Below are positions 35,960 to 43,516 of a stretch of DNA of 50,069 bases, in pieces; position 1 is the first letter of the stretch, and each line of letters opens with the position of its first letter. The notes beneath the pieces are model-generated. The model worked only from the letters and a program-made list of their open reading frames with translations. It searched no databases and was not told where the DNA came from. Source of the stretch: Myxococcaceae bacterium (GTDB taxonomy: Bacteria; Myxococcota; Myxococcia; Myxococcales; Myxococcaceae); the NCBI GenBank assembly GCA_036559665.1, contig DATBSS010000643.1, forward strand, positions 1 through 50,069, read 5' to 3'. A program made the position numbers and the translations under genes.

Positions 35960-36364
35960 GTGGAGAGCATTCCATGGGACCGGCTGTTCGAGGCGGCGGC
36001 TGCCGCCCGCGAGCGCGCCTACGCCCCCTACTCGAAGTTCATGGTGGGCGCGGCGGCGCTGTTCGCCGACGGCGTCATCTACTCCGGCTGCAACACGGAG
36101 AACTCCTCCTACGGCCTGACGGTCTGCGCGGAGCGCGCCGCCATCTTCCGGGCCGTGGTGGAGGGCCAGCGCAAGCTCCTGGCGATGGCGGTGGTGGCGG
36201 ACGCGGACCTGCCCTGCCCGCCCTGCGGGAGCTGCCGCCAGGTGATGGCCGAGTTCGGCGCGGCGGACGCCATGGTGGGGTTCCGCTCCGTCGCTTCGGG
36301 CCAGGAGGAGAAGTACCAGCTCCAGGAGCTCCTCCCCCACGCCTTCACGAAGGAGTTCCTGTAA
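35960..36364 (+). CDS. cdd: Cytidine deaminase (homotetrameric type)
   Basis: The 134-aa product has YAPYSKF, CAERAAI (zinc/catalytic Glu) and PCGSCRQVM motifs. GTG start. Confidence 0.9.
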   Translation: MESIPWDRLFEAAAAARERAYAPYSKFMVGAAALFADGVIYSGCNTENSSYGLTVCAERAAIFRAVVEGQRKLLAMAVVADADLPCPPCGSCRQVMAEFGAADAMVGFRSVASGQEEKYQLQELLPHAFTKEFL

Positions 36365-37085
36365 CGGGGCCCATGTTCTGGAAGCCCTCGCAGCTCTTCT
36401 TCAGCCCCAGCATGTAGGGCAGCGCGCGGGCGGTGAGCCGGAAGTAGCTCACCCAGCGACGCACGGGCCCCGGCAGCACCTCGGGCGGAGGCGCCCTGGC
36501 CACCTCGTTGAGGTCCACGAAGTAGGTGGTCACCTTGCCCAGGCCCTCCAGGTCCTCCTCGCCCTTGTTGAAGAAGGGCTGGAGCGACTCGCCCAGCGCC
36601 TGGGCCACCTTGTCCGTCATCAGCACGTACTCCGACAGGGGAACGGAGTTCTTGAGCAGGCGGTGCACGGCGATGACGTCTACCCCGGCCAGCTCCTGCA
36701 TCCCCTTCACCTTGTGGATGGCCACCTCGCCGTCGTGGGCCACGAACTTGAGCTTGAGCTGACCCACCTGGGTGCACCCGTCGCAGGTGCAGACCTGGTC
36801 GATGGTCATCTCCTTCTGCTTCCGGAGGAAGGAGAGCCGGATGGAGGTGACCAGCTGCGCGAACCTCGTGAGGTCCGTCTCGTTCCGGGAGATGGGGGCG
36901 TAGAAGAAGGCGGCGTCCCCCTCCAGCTTGGAGAGCTTCAAGGGGGAGGGCGCGCCGTCGATGACCGCCTCCAGCAGCGCGGTGACCACGGTCTGGGCGT
37001 GGGCCAGGTTGATCCGGTGCACCTTCATGAACCGGGTGTATCCGCCGATGTCGGCGATGAGGAGGAGGGCCCGCTCGATTCCCAT
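36345..37085 (-). CDS. DUF2652-type protein (class III nucleotidyl-cyclase-like fold)
   Basis: N-terminal LLIADIGGYTRF and KLEGDAAFFY resemble the two metal-binding Asp segments of class III cyclase homology domains (DI.GFT / .GD....). The DUF2652 name comes from my memory of this N-terminal pattern. The 3' end overlaps the cdd 3' end by 20 bp. Confidence 0.6.
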   Translation of the reverse strand: MGIERALLLIADIGGYTRFMKVHRINLAHAQTVVTALLEAVIDGAPSPLKLSKLEGDAAFFYAPISRNETDLTRFAQLVTSIRLSFLRKQKEMTIDQVCTCDGCTQVGQLKLKFVAHDGEVAIHKVKGMQELAGVDVIAVHRLLKNSVPLSEYVLMTDKVAQALGESLQPFFNKGEEDLEGLGKVTTYFVDLNEVARAPPPEVLPGPVRRWVSYFRLTARALPYMLGLKKSCEGFQNMGPVTGTPS

Positions 37086-37102
37086 TGCTCCTTCCTAATC
37101 CA

Positions 37103-38452
37103 ATGTTAAGAGCGCCGCTTCCGGGCGTGGAGCTGCTCATCCAGAACGGCACCGTGGTCACGATGGATCGCGACCATCGCGTGCTGCCGTCCGCGGACGT
37201 CCTGATCCAGGACGGCCGCATCGCCAAGATCGGCCGGGCCCGGCAAGGCCGACGGGCGCGCCGTGTGATCGACGCGTCGGGGTGCGTGGTGCTGCCGGGG
37301 TTCGTCCAGGGCCACCTCCACGCCTGCCAGACGCTGTTCCGGAACCGGGCCGACGGGCTGGAGCTGCTGGACTGGCTGCGCGAGCGCATCTGGCCCTTCG
37401 AGGCCGCGCACGACGCGCAGAGCCTCCGCGCCTCCGCGGACCTCACCTGGGCGGAGCTGATCAAGTCCGGCTCCACCGCGGCGCTGGACATGGGCACCGT
37501 CCGCCACCAGGACGCCGTCTTCGAATCCGCCCGCGACGCCGGGTTCCGGCTCACCTCCGGCAAGGCGATGATGGACCAGGGCCATGGCCTGCCGGCCGGC
37601 CTGCGCGAGACCACCGAAGACTCCATCGCCGAGTCGCTGCGCCTCTGCGACGCCTGGCACCTCCAGGAGGGCGGCCGCCTCCGCTACGCCTTCGCGCCGC
37701 GCTTCGCGCTCTCCTGCTCGGAGCGGCTGCTGGTCCAGGTGGCGGAGCTGGCGCGCCAGAAGAACGTCCGCATCCACAGCCACGCCTCGGAGAACGCCAC
37801 CGAGTGCGACCTGGTCCGGCAGCGGACCGGGATGGACAACGTGGCCTACTTCCACCACCTGGGCATCACCGGGCCGCACGTCACCCTGGCGCACGGGGTG
37901 TGGCTCACCGCCGAGGAGCACCGGCTGCTGCGCGCCACCCGCACCGTGCTCTGCCACTGCCCCAGCTCCAACCTCAAGCTGGCCTCCGGCGTGGCCAAGA
38001 TTCCGGAGCTGCTGGCGGAGGGCGTCCAGGTGGCGCTGGGGGCGGACGGCGCGCCCTGCAACAACACGCTCGACATGTTCATGGAGATGCGGCTGGCGGC
38101 CCTCATCCACAAGCCGCGGGTGGGGCCGCTGGGGATGGACGCCTGGACCGTGCTGGAGCTGGCCACCCGCGGCGGCGCGCGCGCCATGGGCCTGGAGGAG
38201 GAGATCGGCTCCCTGGAGCCGGGCAAGCGCGCGGACGTGTGCGTCCTCGACCTCGGCCGCCCGTCCAGCACGCCGGGAGGCCCGGAGCTGGCGGCGCAGA
38301 TCGTCTACTCGGGGAGCGCGGAGTGCGTGCGGGACGTGCTCATCGACGGGCAGCCGGTGCTGCGCGACCGGGCGCTGCTCACCCTGGACGAGCGGAGCGT
38401 CCTGGACGCCGCCAACCGGGAGTCCGAGCGGATCGCCGCGAGGGTGGGATAG
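37103..38452 (+). CDS. mtaD: Amidohydrolase of the ATZ/TRZ family, MtaD-like (5'-methylthioadenosine/S-adenosylhomocysteine or related nucleoside deaminase)
   Basis: HLHACQT (HxH), HSHASE and HGVWL motifs. HCPSSNLKLASGVAKIPELLAEGVQVALGADGAPCNNTLDMFMEMRLAALIHK closely parallels the MtaD C-terminal core as I recall it. The start is ambiguous (TTG 37085, ATG 37103 or GTG 37127). Confidence 0.75.
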   Translation: MLRAPLPGVELLIQNGTVVTMDRDHRVLPSADVLIQDGRIAKIGRARQGRRARRVIDASGCVVLPGFVQGHLHACQTLFRNRADGLELLDWLRERIWPFEAAHDAQSLRASADLTWAELIKSGSTAALDMGTVRHQDAVFESARDAGFRLTSGKAMMDQGHGLPAGLRETTEDSIAESLRLCDAWHLQEGGRLRYAFAPRFALSCSERLLVQVAELARQKNVRIHSHASENATECDLVRQRTGMDNVAYFHHLGITGPHVTLAHGVWLTAEEHRLLRATRTVLCHCPSSNLKLASGVAKIPELLAEGVQVALGADGAPCNNTLDMFMEMRLAALIHKPRVGPLGMDAWTVLELATRGGARAMGLEEEIGSLEPGKRADVCVLDLGRPSSTPGGPELAAQIVYSGSAECVRDVLIDGQPVLRDRALLTLDERSVLDAANRESERIAARVG

Positions 38453-38525
38453 CGGCGCCAGTGGCAATCGCCGGACGGTGGGAACCGTATCCGGAGCAGA
38501 GGCAGTCCAATCGTGTTAAACGGAA

Positions 38526-38549
38526 GTCAAGACCTTCGCGGTCAAGATC
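38526..38549 (+). repeat. Direct repeat GTCAAGA(C/T)C x2 with 15-bp period upstream of pspA
   Basis: GTCAAGACC (38526..38534) and GTCAAGATC (38541..38549) lie in the relatively AT-rich pspA leader, ~30-50 nt upstream of the ATG. Confidence 0.6.
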
Positions 38550-38576
38550 TCGCTGAAAAACGGGAGTGAGGACCCC

Positions 38577-39311
38577 ATGTGGCAACGGTTCAGGCGGGCG
38601 ATGAGGAGCTTCGTCGGGTTCTTCGTGAGCTCGATCGAGGATCCGGAGCTGATCCTCGAACAGAACATCCGGGACATGAACGACCAGGTCCCGAAGATGA
38701 ACGAGTCCATCGCCATGGTGCGGGCGAACCAGACCCTGCTCGAGAAGGAGAACGCCAAGTACACGCAGGAGGTGGCCTCCCTCACCGCCAAGATCAAGGC
38801 CGCCATCCAGGCGGGCCGTGACGACCTGGCCGCCCAGTACGCCACCCGGCTGCAGATGGAGAAGAGCGCCTTGGAGCGCAACACGCAGCAGCTGGAGACC
38901 GCCAAGTCCGCCTACGAGAAGGCGCTGAACGTCAAGAAGATGTTCATGCGCGAGAAGGAGCGGAAGACGCAGGAGGCGATGAACGCCATCCGCGACGCGC
39001 GCCGCGCCAAGTGGCAGTCCAAGGTGGCGGACGCCATGGAGTCCTTCGAGGTGGCGGGGATCGACGCCACCCACGGCGAGATGCTCCGCAAGGTGGAGGA
39101 GCAGACGGCGGTCAACGAGGCGCGCATGCAGATGGCGCTCGAGTCCGTGGACCACGCCGCCCTCAAGATTGAAGAGGACGCCGAGAAGATCCAGGCGGAC
39201 GAGCTGGTGAAGCAGTTCAAGATGGAGATGGGCCTTTCCTCCCCGGCGCCGGTCTCGGACGTGAGCGCCGGCGGGGAGAAGACCATCGGCAAGAAGGTCG
39301 AGGTGAAGTAG
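38577..39311 (+). CDS. pspA: PspA/IM30 (phage-shock protein A / Vipp1) family protein
   Basis: N-terminal amphipathic MWQRFRRAMRSFVGFFVSSIEDPELILEQNIRDM is followed by a ~200-aa coiled coil, typical of PspA/IM30. Strong Shine-Dalgarno (GGGAGTGAGG). Confidence 0.88.
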   Translation: MWQRFRRAMRSFVGFFVSSIEDPELILEQNIRDMNDQVPKMNESIAMVRANQTLLEKENAKYTQEVASLTAKIKAAIQAGRDDLAAQYATRLQMEKSALERNTQQLETAKSAYEKALNVKKMFMREKERKTQEAMNAIRDARRAKWQSKVADAMESFEVAGIDATHGEMLRKVEEQTAVNEARMQMALESVDHAALKIEEDAEKIQADELVKQFKMEMGLSSPAPVSDVSAGGEKTIGKKVEVK

Positions 39312-39326
39312 GCGCGAGGGGGGCAG

Positions 39327-40499
39327 GTGCGGCGCGGAGGCCTGTGGCTGTTCGCATCCGCGTGCCTGCTCACCGGCGCGTACTTCGGCGCGTCGAAGCT
39401 GGGTTACCTGGACCGGCTCCAGAACCGGTTCTTCCCGCGCAAGCTGCGGCTCTCCACCGGCGACTTCCCGGCGGGGGTGGCCGCGCCCATCGGCGGTGCC
39501 GCCATTCCCCTGCGGCCGGTGCGGGTGGGGTTCGTGCCGAGGGGCTCGTCGGCGGCGCTGCTGGTGGCGGCGGGCGGCGCGACCTTCGCCGGCGCGCCGG
39601 AGACGGACCCGGCGCCGGAGGGCCTGCTCAAGACCTCCTATGACCTGAACGGCCGGGCGATCGCCTACGCCCGCGACGAGGAGCTGATGGCGGCGCTGCG
39701 CCGGGGCGCCGAAGAGGGCGGGGTGGACGCGGCGGCGATGACCGTGGACCGGCTGGCGGAGTGGGCCGCCGCGCTCCGGGACGCCGCGCCGCGCGCCATC
39801 CTCCTGCTGGGGAGGAGCCAGGGGCAGGAGGCGGTGGCGTCGGTGGGCCCCAAGAGCCTCCAGGAGCTGCGCGGGAAGAAGGTGGCGGTGGCCCGGCACA
39901 CGCCCTCCGAGTACTTCGCGCTCTGGGTCACCGCGCGCGCCGGCCTGGCGGTGAGCGACGTGCAGTGGGTGGAGGTGCCCGCGGCGGCGGACGCGGGGAA
40001 GGCGCTGAGGGAGGGGCGGGCGGACGCGGCGGTCGGCTTCACGGGAGATCTCGAGCTGGCGATCCGCGAGCGCAACGGGTCGATGCTGGCCACCACCGCG
40101 GACGTGCCACACCTGGTGGCCACCGTGCTGGTGGTGCGGGGCGAGTTCGCGGCGCGCTACCCGGACGCCATCCGCCGGCTGGTGCGGGGGTTGCTGGACG
40201 CCAGCCGAGCGGTGAACAAGGACTCCGGGGAGGGCGCGCGGCGGCTGGGCGAGGTGGCGCCGTACCTGGGCGATCCCACCGAGGCGATCCGCCTCGCGCC
40301 GCCCGCCACGCTGGACGACAACCTGGGGTTCTTCGGGATGCGGGGCGAGCCGCCGGTGACCTTCGACGAGCTGTTGGCCAGCGCGGGGGCGCTGTTCGTG
40401 AAGCTGGGGCGGACGGCGGCGGTACCGGAGCCGGAGGAGGTGCGCGACCTGGCGGCGCTGCGGTACGCCTCGGGGATCATCGTCGCGCCGAAGCCATGA
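39327..40499 (+). CDS. Membrane-anchored periplasmic-binding-protein-like protein (NMT1/TauA-type type-2 SBP fold)
   Basis: One N-terminal TM (LWLFASACLLTGAYFGA). The remaining pattern resembles NitT/TauT-type binding proteins (RVGFVPRGSSAALLVAAGG ... GGVDAAAMTVDRL ... LRGKKVAVARHTPSEYFALW ... GRADAAVGFTGD). GTG start lies 15 nt after pspA. Confidence 0.6.
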   Translation: MRRGGLWLFASACLLTGAYFGASKLGYLDRLQNRFFPRKLRLSTGDFPAGVAAPIGGAAIPLRPVRVGFVPRGSSAALLVAAGGATFAGAPETDPAPEGLLKTSYDLNGRAIAYARDEELMAALRRGAEEGGVDAAAMTVDRLAEWAAALRDAAPRAILLLGRSQGQEAVASVGPKSLQELRGKKVAVARHTPSEYFALWVTARAGLAVSDVQWVEVPAAADAGKALREGRADAAVGFTGDLELAIRERNGSMLATTADVPHLVATVLVVRGEFAARYPDAIRRLVRGLLDASRAVNKDSGEGARRLGEVAPYLGDPTEAIRLAPPATLDDNLGFFGMRGEPPVTFDELLASAGALFVKLGRTAAVPEPEEVRDLAALRYASGIIVAPKP

Positions 40500-41377
40500 C
40501 GTCGGACCAGCTGAACGCCTTCCTGGCGGTGGTGGAGCGGAAGAACCTCACCCGCGCGGCGCGCGCGCTCCGGCTGTCGCAGCCCGGGCTCACCCGCCAG
40601 CTCCAGGCGCTGGAGCGCGAGCTGGGGGCACGCCTGCTGGTGCGGACCGCGCGCGGGGTGAAGCCCACCGAGGCCGGTGAGCGCTTCGCCACCTACGCCC
40701 GCCGCGCCCTGGACGACCTGCACGCCGGGCGTGCCGCGCTGGATGCGCTGCGGGACGAACCGCGCGGGGCGGTGGCGGTGGGCGCCATCTTCACCGTGGG
40801 CGCGGCGCTGATGCCGGAGGCGGTGAAGCGGATCCGCGCCCGCTACCCGGACGTGCGGCTGTTGCTCGTCCACGGCGAGGCGGACGCGCTGGAGCGCGAG
40901 CTGGCGTCCGGCGCGCTGGACCTGGCGGTGCTCACCATGCCGCTGAAGCACCTGGACCTGGTGGCCCAGCGGCTGTGGCAGGAGGACCTGGTGGTGGCGG
41001 CTCCGAAGGGCCACCCGCTGGCGAGGCTGCGGCGGCCGGTGGAGTTGGGGGAGCTGGCGGGCGTGCCGCTCCTCTCCACCCGGGCGGGTGCCGCCAAGCG
41101 GGCGGTGGAGGTGGCGTGCGAGGCGCGCGGCGAACGGCCCGACTTCGTGGTGGAGACGGACTCCTCGGAGGCGCTGGCCCGGCTGGTCGAGCAGGGCGTG
41201 GGCGTGGCCGTCATCCCCGCGGTGATGGCGTCGCCGGGCCGCCGCTTCGACGCCATCCCCATCGCGCCGCCGGGGCTGAAGCGGCAGATCGCGCTGGCGC
41301 ACCGGGGAGAGGCCTACCTCACCGCCGCCGCGCGCGCCGTCCGGGCCGAGCTGCTGTCGTGCCTTCGTAGGGTGTGA
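40496..41377 (+). CDS. LysR-family transcriptional regulator
   Basis: wHTH MTSDQLNAFLAVVERKNLTRAARALRLSQPGLTRQLQALERELGARLLVR plus a LysR substrate-binding domain. The ATG overlaps the upstream stop (ATGA). The longer ORF 39761..41377 is out of context upstream. Confidence 0.92.
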   Translation: MTSDQLNAFLAVVERKNLTRAARALRLSQPGLTRQLQALERELGARLLVRTARGVKPTEAGERFATYARRALDDLHAGRAALDALRDEPRGAVAVGAIFTVGAALMPEAVKRIRARYPDVRLLLVHGEADALERELASGALDLAVLTMPLKHLDLVAQRLWQEDLVVAAPKGHPLARLRRPVELGELAGVPLLSTRAGAAKRAVEVACEARGERPDFVVETDSSEALARLVEQGVGVAVIPAVMASPGRRFDAIPIAPPGLKRQIALAHRGEAYLTAAARAVRAELLSCLRRV

Positions 41378-41495
41378 GGTCACCGCAGGGAGCGGAAGTG
41401 CAGACCCCGACATGTGGCCCCGCTGGCTCGACGCCGTCCGGAAGGTGCAGAGCGACACTCCACCGGCGCCCTGAGATTGCGCGGAGCGCGCCCGC

Positions 41496-42320
41496 GTGAC
41501 AGGACATGGGGGCGTGAAGGGTTCGCGGTACTTCAAGGCGGCGTTCCTGATGCCGGCCAACCTGATCGCCCTGGGGGCGTCCGGGGTGGCCGCCCTGCTG
41601 ACGGGCGAGCCGGCCGTGCTCCTGGTGGCGCTCGGCGCCGAGAGCCTCTACCTGGGCGCGCTCTCCTCGGCGTCCACGTTCCAGCGCGCCGTGCGCGCGA
41701 ACGACTGGGCGGACGAGGTGGATCCGGAGAAGGAGGCCGGCGCGCTCTACCAGGACCTCTCCCCGTCGCAGAAGGAGCACTACGCCGCGCTCAAGGGCGT
41801 GCGCGACCGCATCCTGGAGAACTACCGCAAGCTCCCCGGCGGGCGCGTGCTGGCCGCCACCTCGGAGCAGCAGGTGGACCAGCTCCTGGTGGCGTTCATC
41901 CGGCTCGTCTCCACGCTCAACCACTACCGGAAGTTCCTGGGGACATCGGACCGGCGCCAGGTGGAGCAGGAGCTGCGCGAGCTGGAGGCGGACGCGGCGG
42001 CCGAGACCAACGCGCGGCTCAAGGACGTGAAGCAGCGGCGGGTGGAGATCCTCCGCAAGCGCGTGGAGCGATTCCAGAAGGCGGAGGAGAGCCGGGAGCT
42101 CGTCTCGCACCAACTCGCCGGCATCGAGGACCTGCTCAAGCTCACCCACGAACAGTCCATCGCCATCCGCGATCCGGAGTCCGTCGGCCGGCAGCTCGAA
42201 CGCCTCACCCTGGAGGCCCAATCCACCGAGGCCACCGTCCGCGAGATGGAGCAGTTCCTGGACGTCACCGGAGAGGGCGAACCCTCCGGCCCTTCCCTCC
42301 CCGCCGAGCGCGTCCGCTGA
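41496..42320 (+). CDS. Hypothetical membrane-anchored coiled-coil protein
   Basis: Two N-terminal hydrophobic segments (AAFLMPANLIALGASGVAALL / AVLLVALGAESLYLGAL) are followed by ~200 aa of Glu/Arg/Leu-rich helix. Protein-like composition. Start uncertain (GTG 41496 or GTG 41514). Confidence 0.6.
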   Translation: MTGHGGVKGSRYFKAAFLMPANLIALGASGVAALLTGEPAVLLVALGAESLYLGALSSASTFQRAVRANDWADEVDPEKEAGALYQDLSPSQKEHYAALKGVRDRILENYRKLPGGRVLAATSEQQVDQLLVAFIRLVSTLNHYRKFLGTSDRRQVEQELRELEADAAAETNARLKDVKQRRVEILRKRVERFQKAEESRELVSHQLAGIEDLLKLTHEQSIAIRDPESVGRQLERLTLEAQSTEATVREMEQFLDVTGEGEPSGPSLPAERVR

Positions 42321-42452
42321 AACCTCTTCTGGGAGACGTCCTGAAAACCCTGGGCGGAATGCTGACGTAGCGGTGTCCTGACTTCGGACGATCGGAGCGC
42401 CCCGGCGCGCTCCCTGTCACGAAGCCTTCTCAAAACGTAAGAAACACGGGGG

Positions 42453-42466
42453 TTTCGGAACCGAAA
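42453..42466. repeat. Inverted repeat TTTCGG-AA-CCGAAA in the leader of the Cys-protease-like gene
   Basis: 6-bp arms with a 2-nt spacer, 15 nt upstream of ATG 42481, in the least GC-rich intergenic stretch of the window. Confidence 0.7.
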
Positions 42467-42480
42467 ACCACATTGTCCCC

Positions 42481-43515
42481 ATGCGCATCTCTCCCCACCA
42501 AGCGAATGGTCCTCACGTCTCGCAGCAGCGCCAGGGCGGCGGCCAGCGAGCACCAGCAGCCGCCGCTCCGGCGCCACAAGACACGTTCCAGGCGCAGAGC
42601 CCGCAGGCCGCGTACCAGGCCGTCTCCGGAGCGCTAGGGGACGATCGGGCGTCGCAGCAGGCGCTGCGAGGGCTGTACGCCAACGGCCAGCTCAACGGGC
42701 CGCTGCTCGACCAACTCGGGCGGCTCGCGCAGCCGGGCAGCGGGAACGCCAAGATGCTGGCGCAGGTGGTCAAGGACGTGGCGGCCCCCGGCAACATCCG
42801 CCAGGGCCAGAACGACTTCTGCGGCGCCACCGCCGCCCTCTCCGGGCTGGCCCGGAACGACCCGGCGAGCTACGCGCGCATCGCCGCCGATCTCCAGCTC
42901 ACCGGCCGCTCCACCATGGTGGACGGCAAGGTGCTGCAGGCCAAGCCCGACAAGCGGCCCAACGGGATGACCGCCACGCAGGGCCTGATGGCGCCCGCGC
43001 TGACGGAGGCGGCCAACGGGCGGCGCTACCGCGTGGATGGGAAGGGCGTCTCGCACGCCGCCAGCAAGCACGCGCCGGGCGGCGACAAGCGCGTGCCGGG
43101 CACCTACGCCTCGGGGATGGAGCGGATGCAGGAGATGCTCCAGGGCCAGAGCTACCAGTCGCTCTACCTGCCCGGACAGAACGAGCACGGCCGCGGCAAG
43201 GCGGCGCGCGAGGCGCAGCACGCGGTCACGCAGAGCGTGGCCAGCGGCGAGCAGGCCTCCGTCAACGCGGGTGGCCACTGGTACCGCGTCTCCGGCGCCG
43301 GCGGCGGGCAGCTCACCGTGCAAGACCAGCAGTCGGGCCAGACTTCGACCGTGGACGCCAAGCAGTTCCTGGGCGGCGCGGAGTCGGTCACCTTCGCCGC
43401 CGGGAGCGCGAAGGTCGCCAAGGACTTCCGCAAGCACGGCAAGCACGAGGACCCGGGCGGCAACGGAAGCGGGCCGCGGTCGTCGAACCCGGTCGAAGAC
43501 GCCCGCGTCCGGTGA
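42481..43515 (+). CDS. Hypothetical protein with a papain/calpain-like Cys-His motif pair (candidate cysteine peptidase/effector)
   Basis: A single Cys in 344 aa (C114), embedded in QGQNDFCGATA. Gln sits at -6 and Gly at -5, as in papain QGSCGSCW and calpain QG.LGDCW. NAGGHWYRVSG (H266) resembles the calpain GHAYSV, followed by LTVQDQQSG (D282). Gln/Ala/Gly-rich, with no signal peptide, no TM and no obvious Shine-Dalgarno. Confidence 0.55.
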   Translation: MRISPHQANGPHVSQQRQGGGQRAPAAAAPAPQDTFQAQSPQAAYQAVSGALGDDRASQQALRGLYANGQLNGPLLDQLGRLAQPGSGNAKMLAQVVKDVAAPGNIRQGQNDFCGATAALSGLARNDPASYARIAADLQLTGRSTMVDGKVLQAKPDKRPNGMTATQGLMAPALTEAANGRRYRVDGKGVSHAASKHAPGGDKRVPGTYASGMERMQEMLQGQSYQSLYLPGQNEHGRGKAAREAQHAVTQSVASGEQASVNAGGHWYRVSGAGGGQLTVQDQQSGQTSTVDAKQFLGGAESVTFAAGSAKVAKDFRKHGKHEDPGGNGSGPRSSNPVEDARVR

Positions 43516-43516
43516 C

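Noticed and set aside
38453-38576. Sigma-54 promoter upstream of pspA (by analogy with E. coli)
   Set aside because: The only TGGCA (AGTGGCAATCGCC) lacks a correctly spaced TTGC/GC element.
41465-41480. Sigma-54-like GGCGCC...TTGCG upstream of gene 41496
   Set aside because: The GG-to-GC spacing is 2 nt too long and the -24 box is poor.
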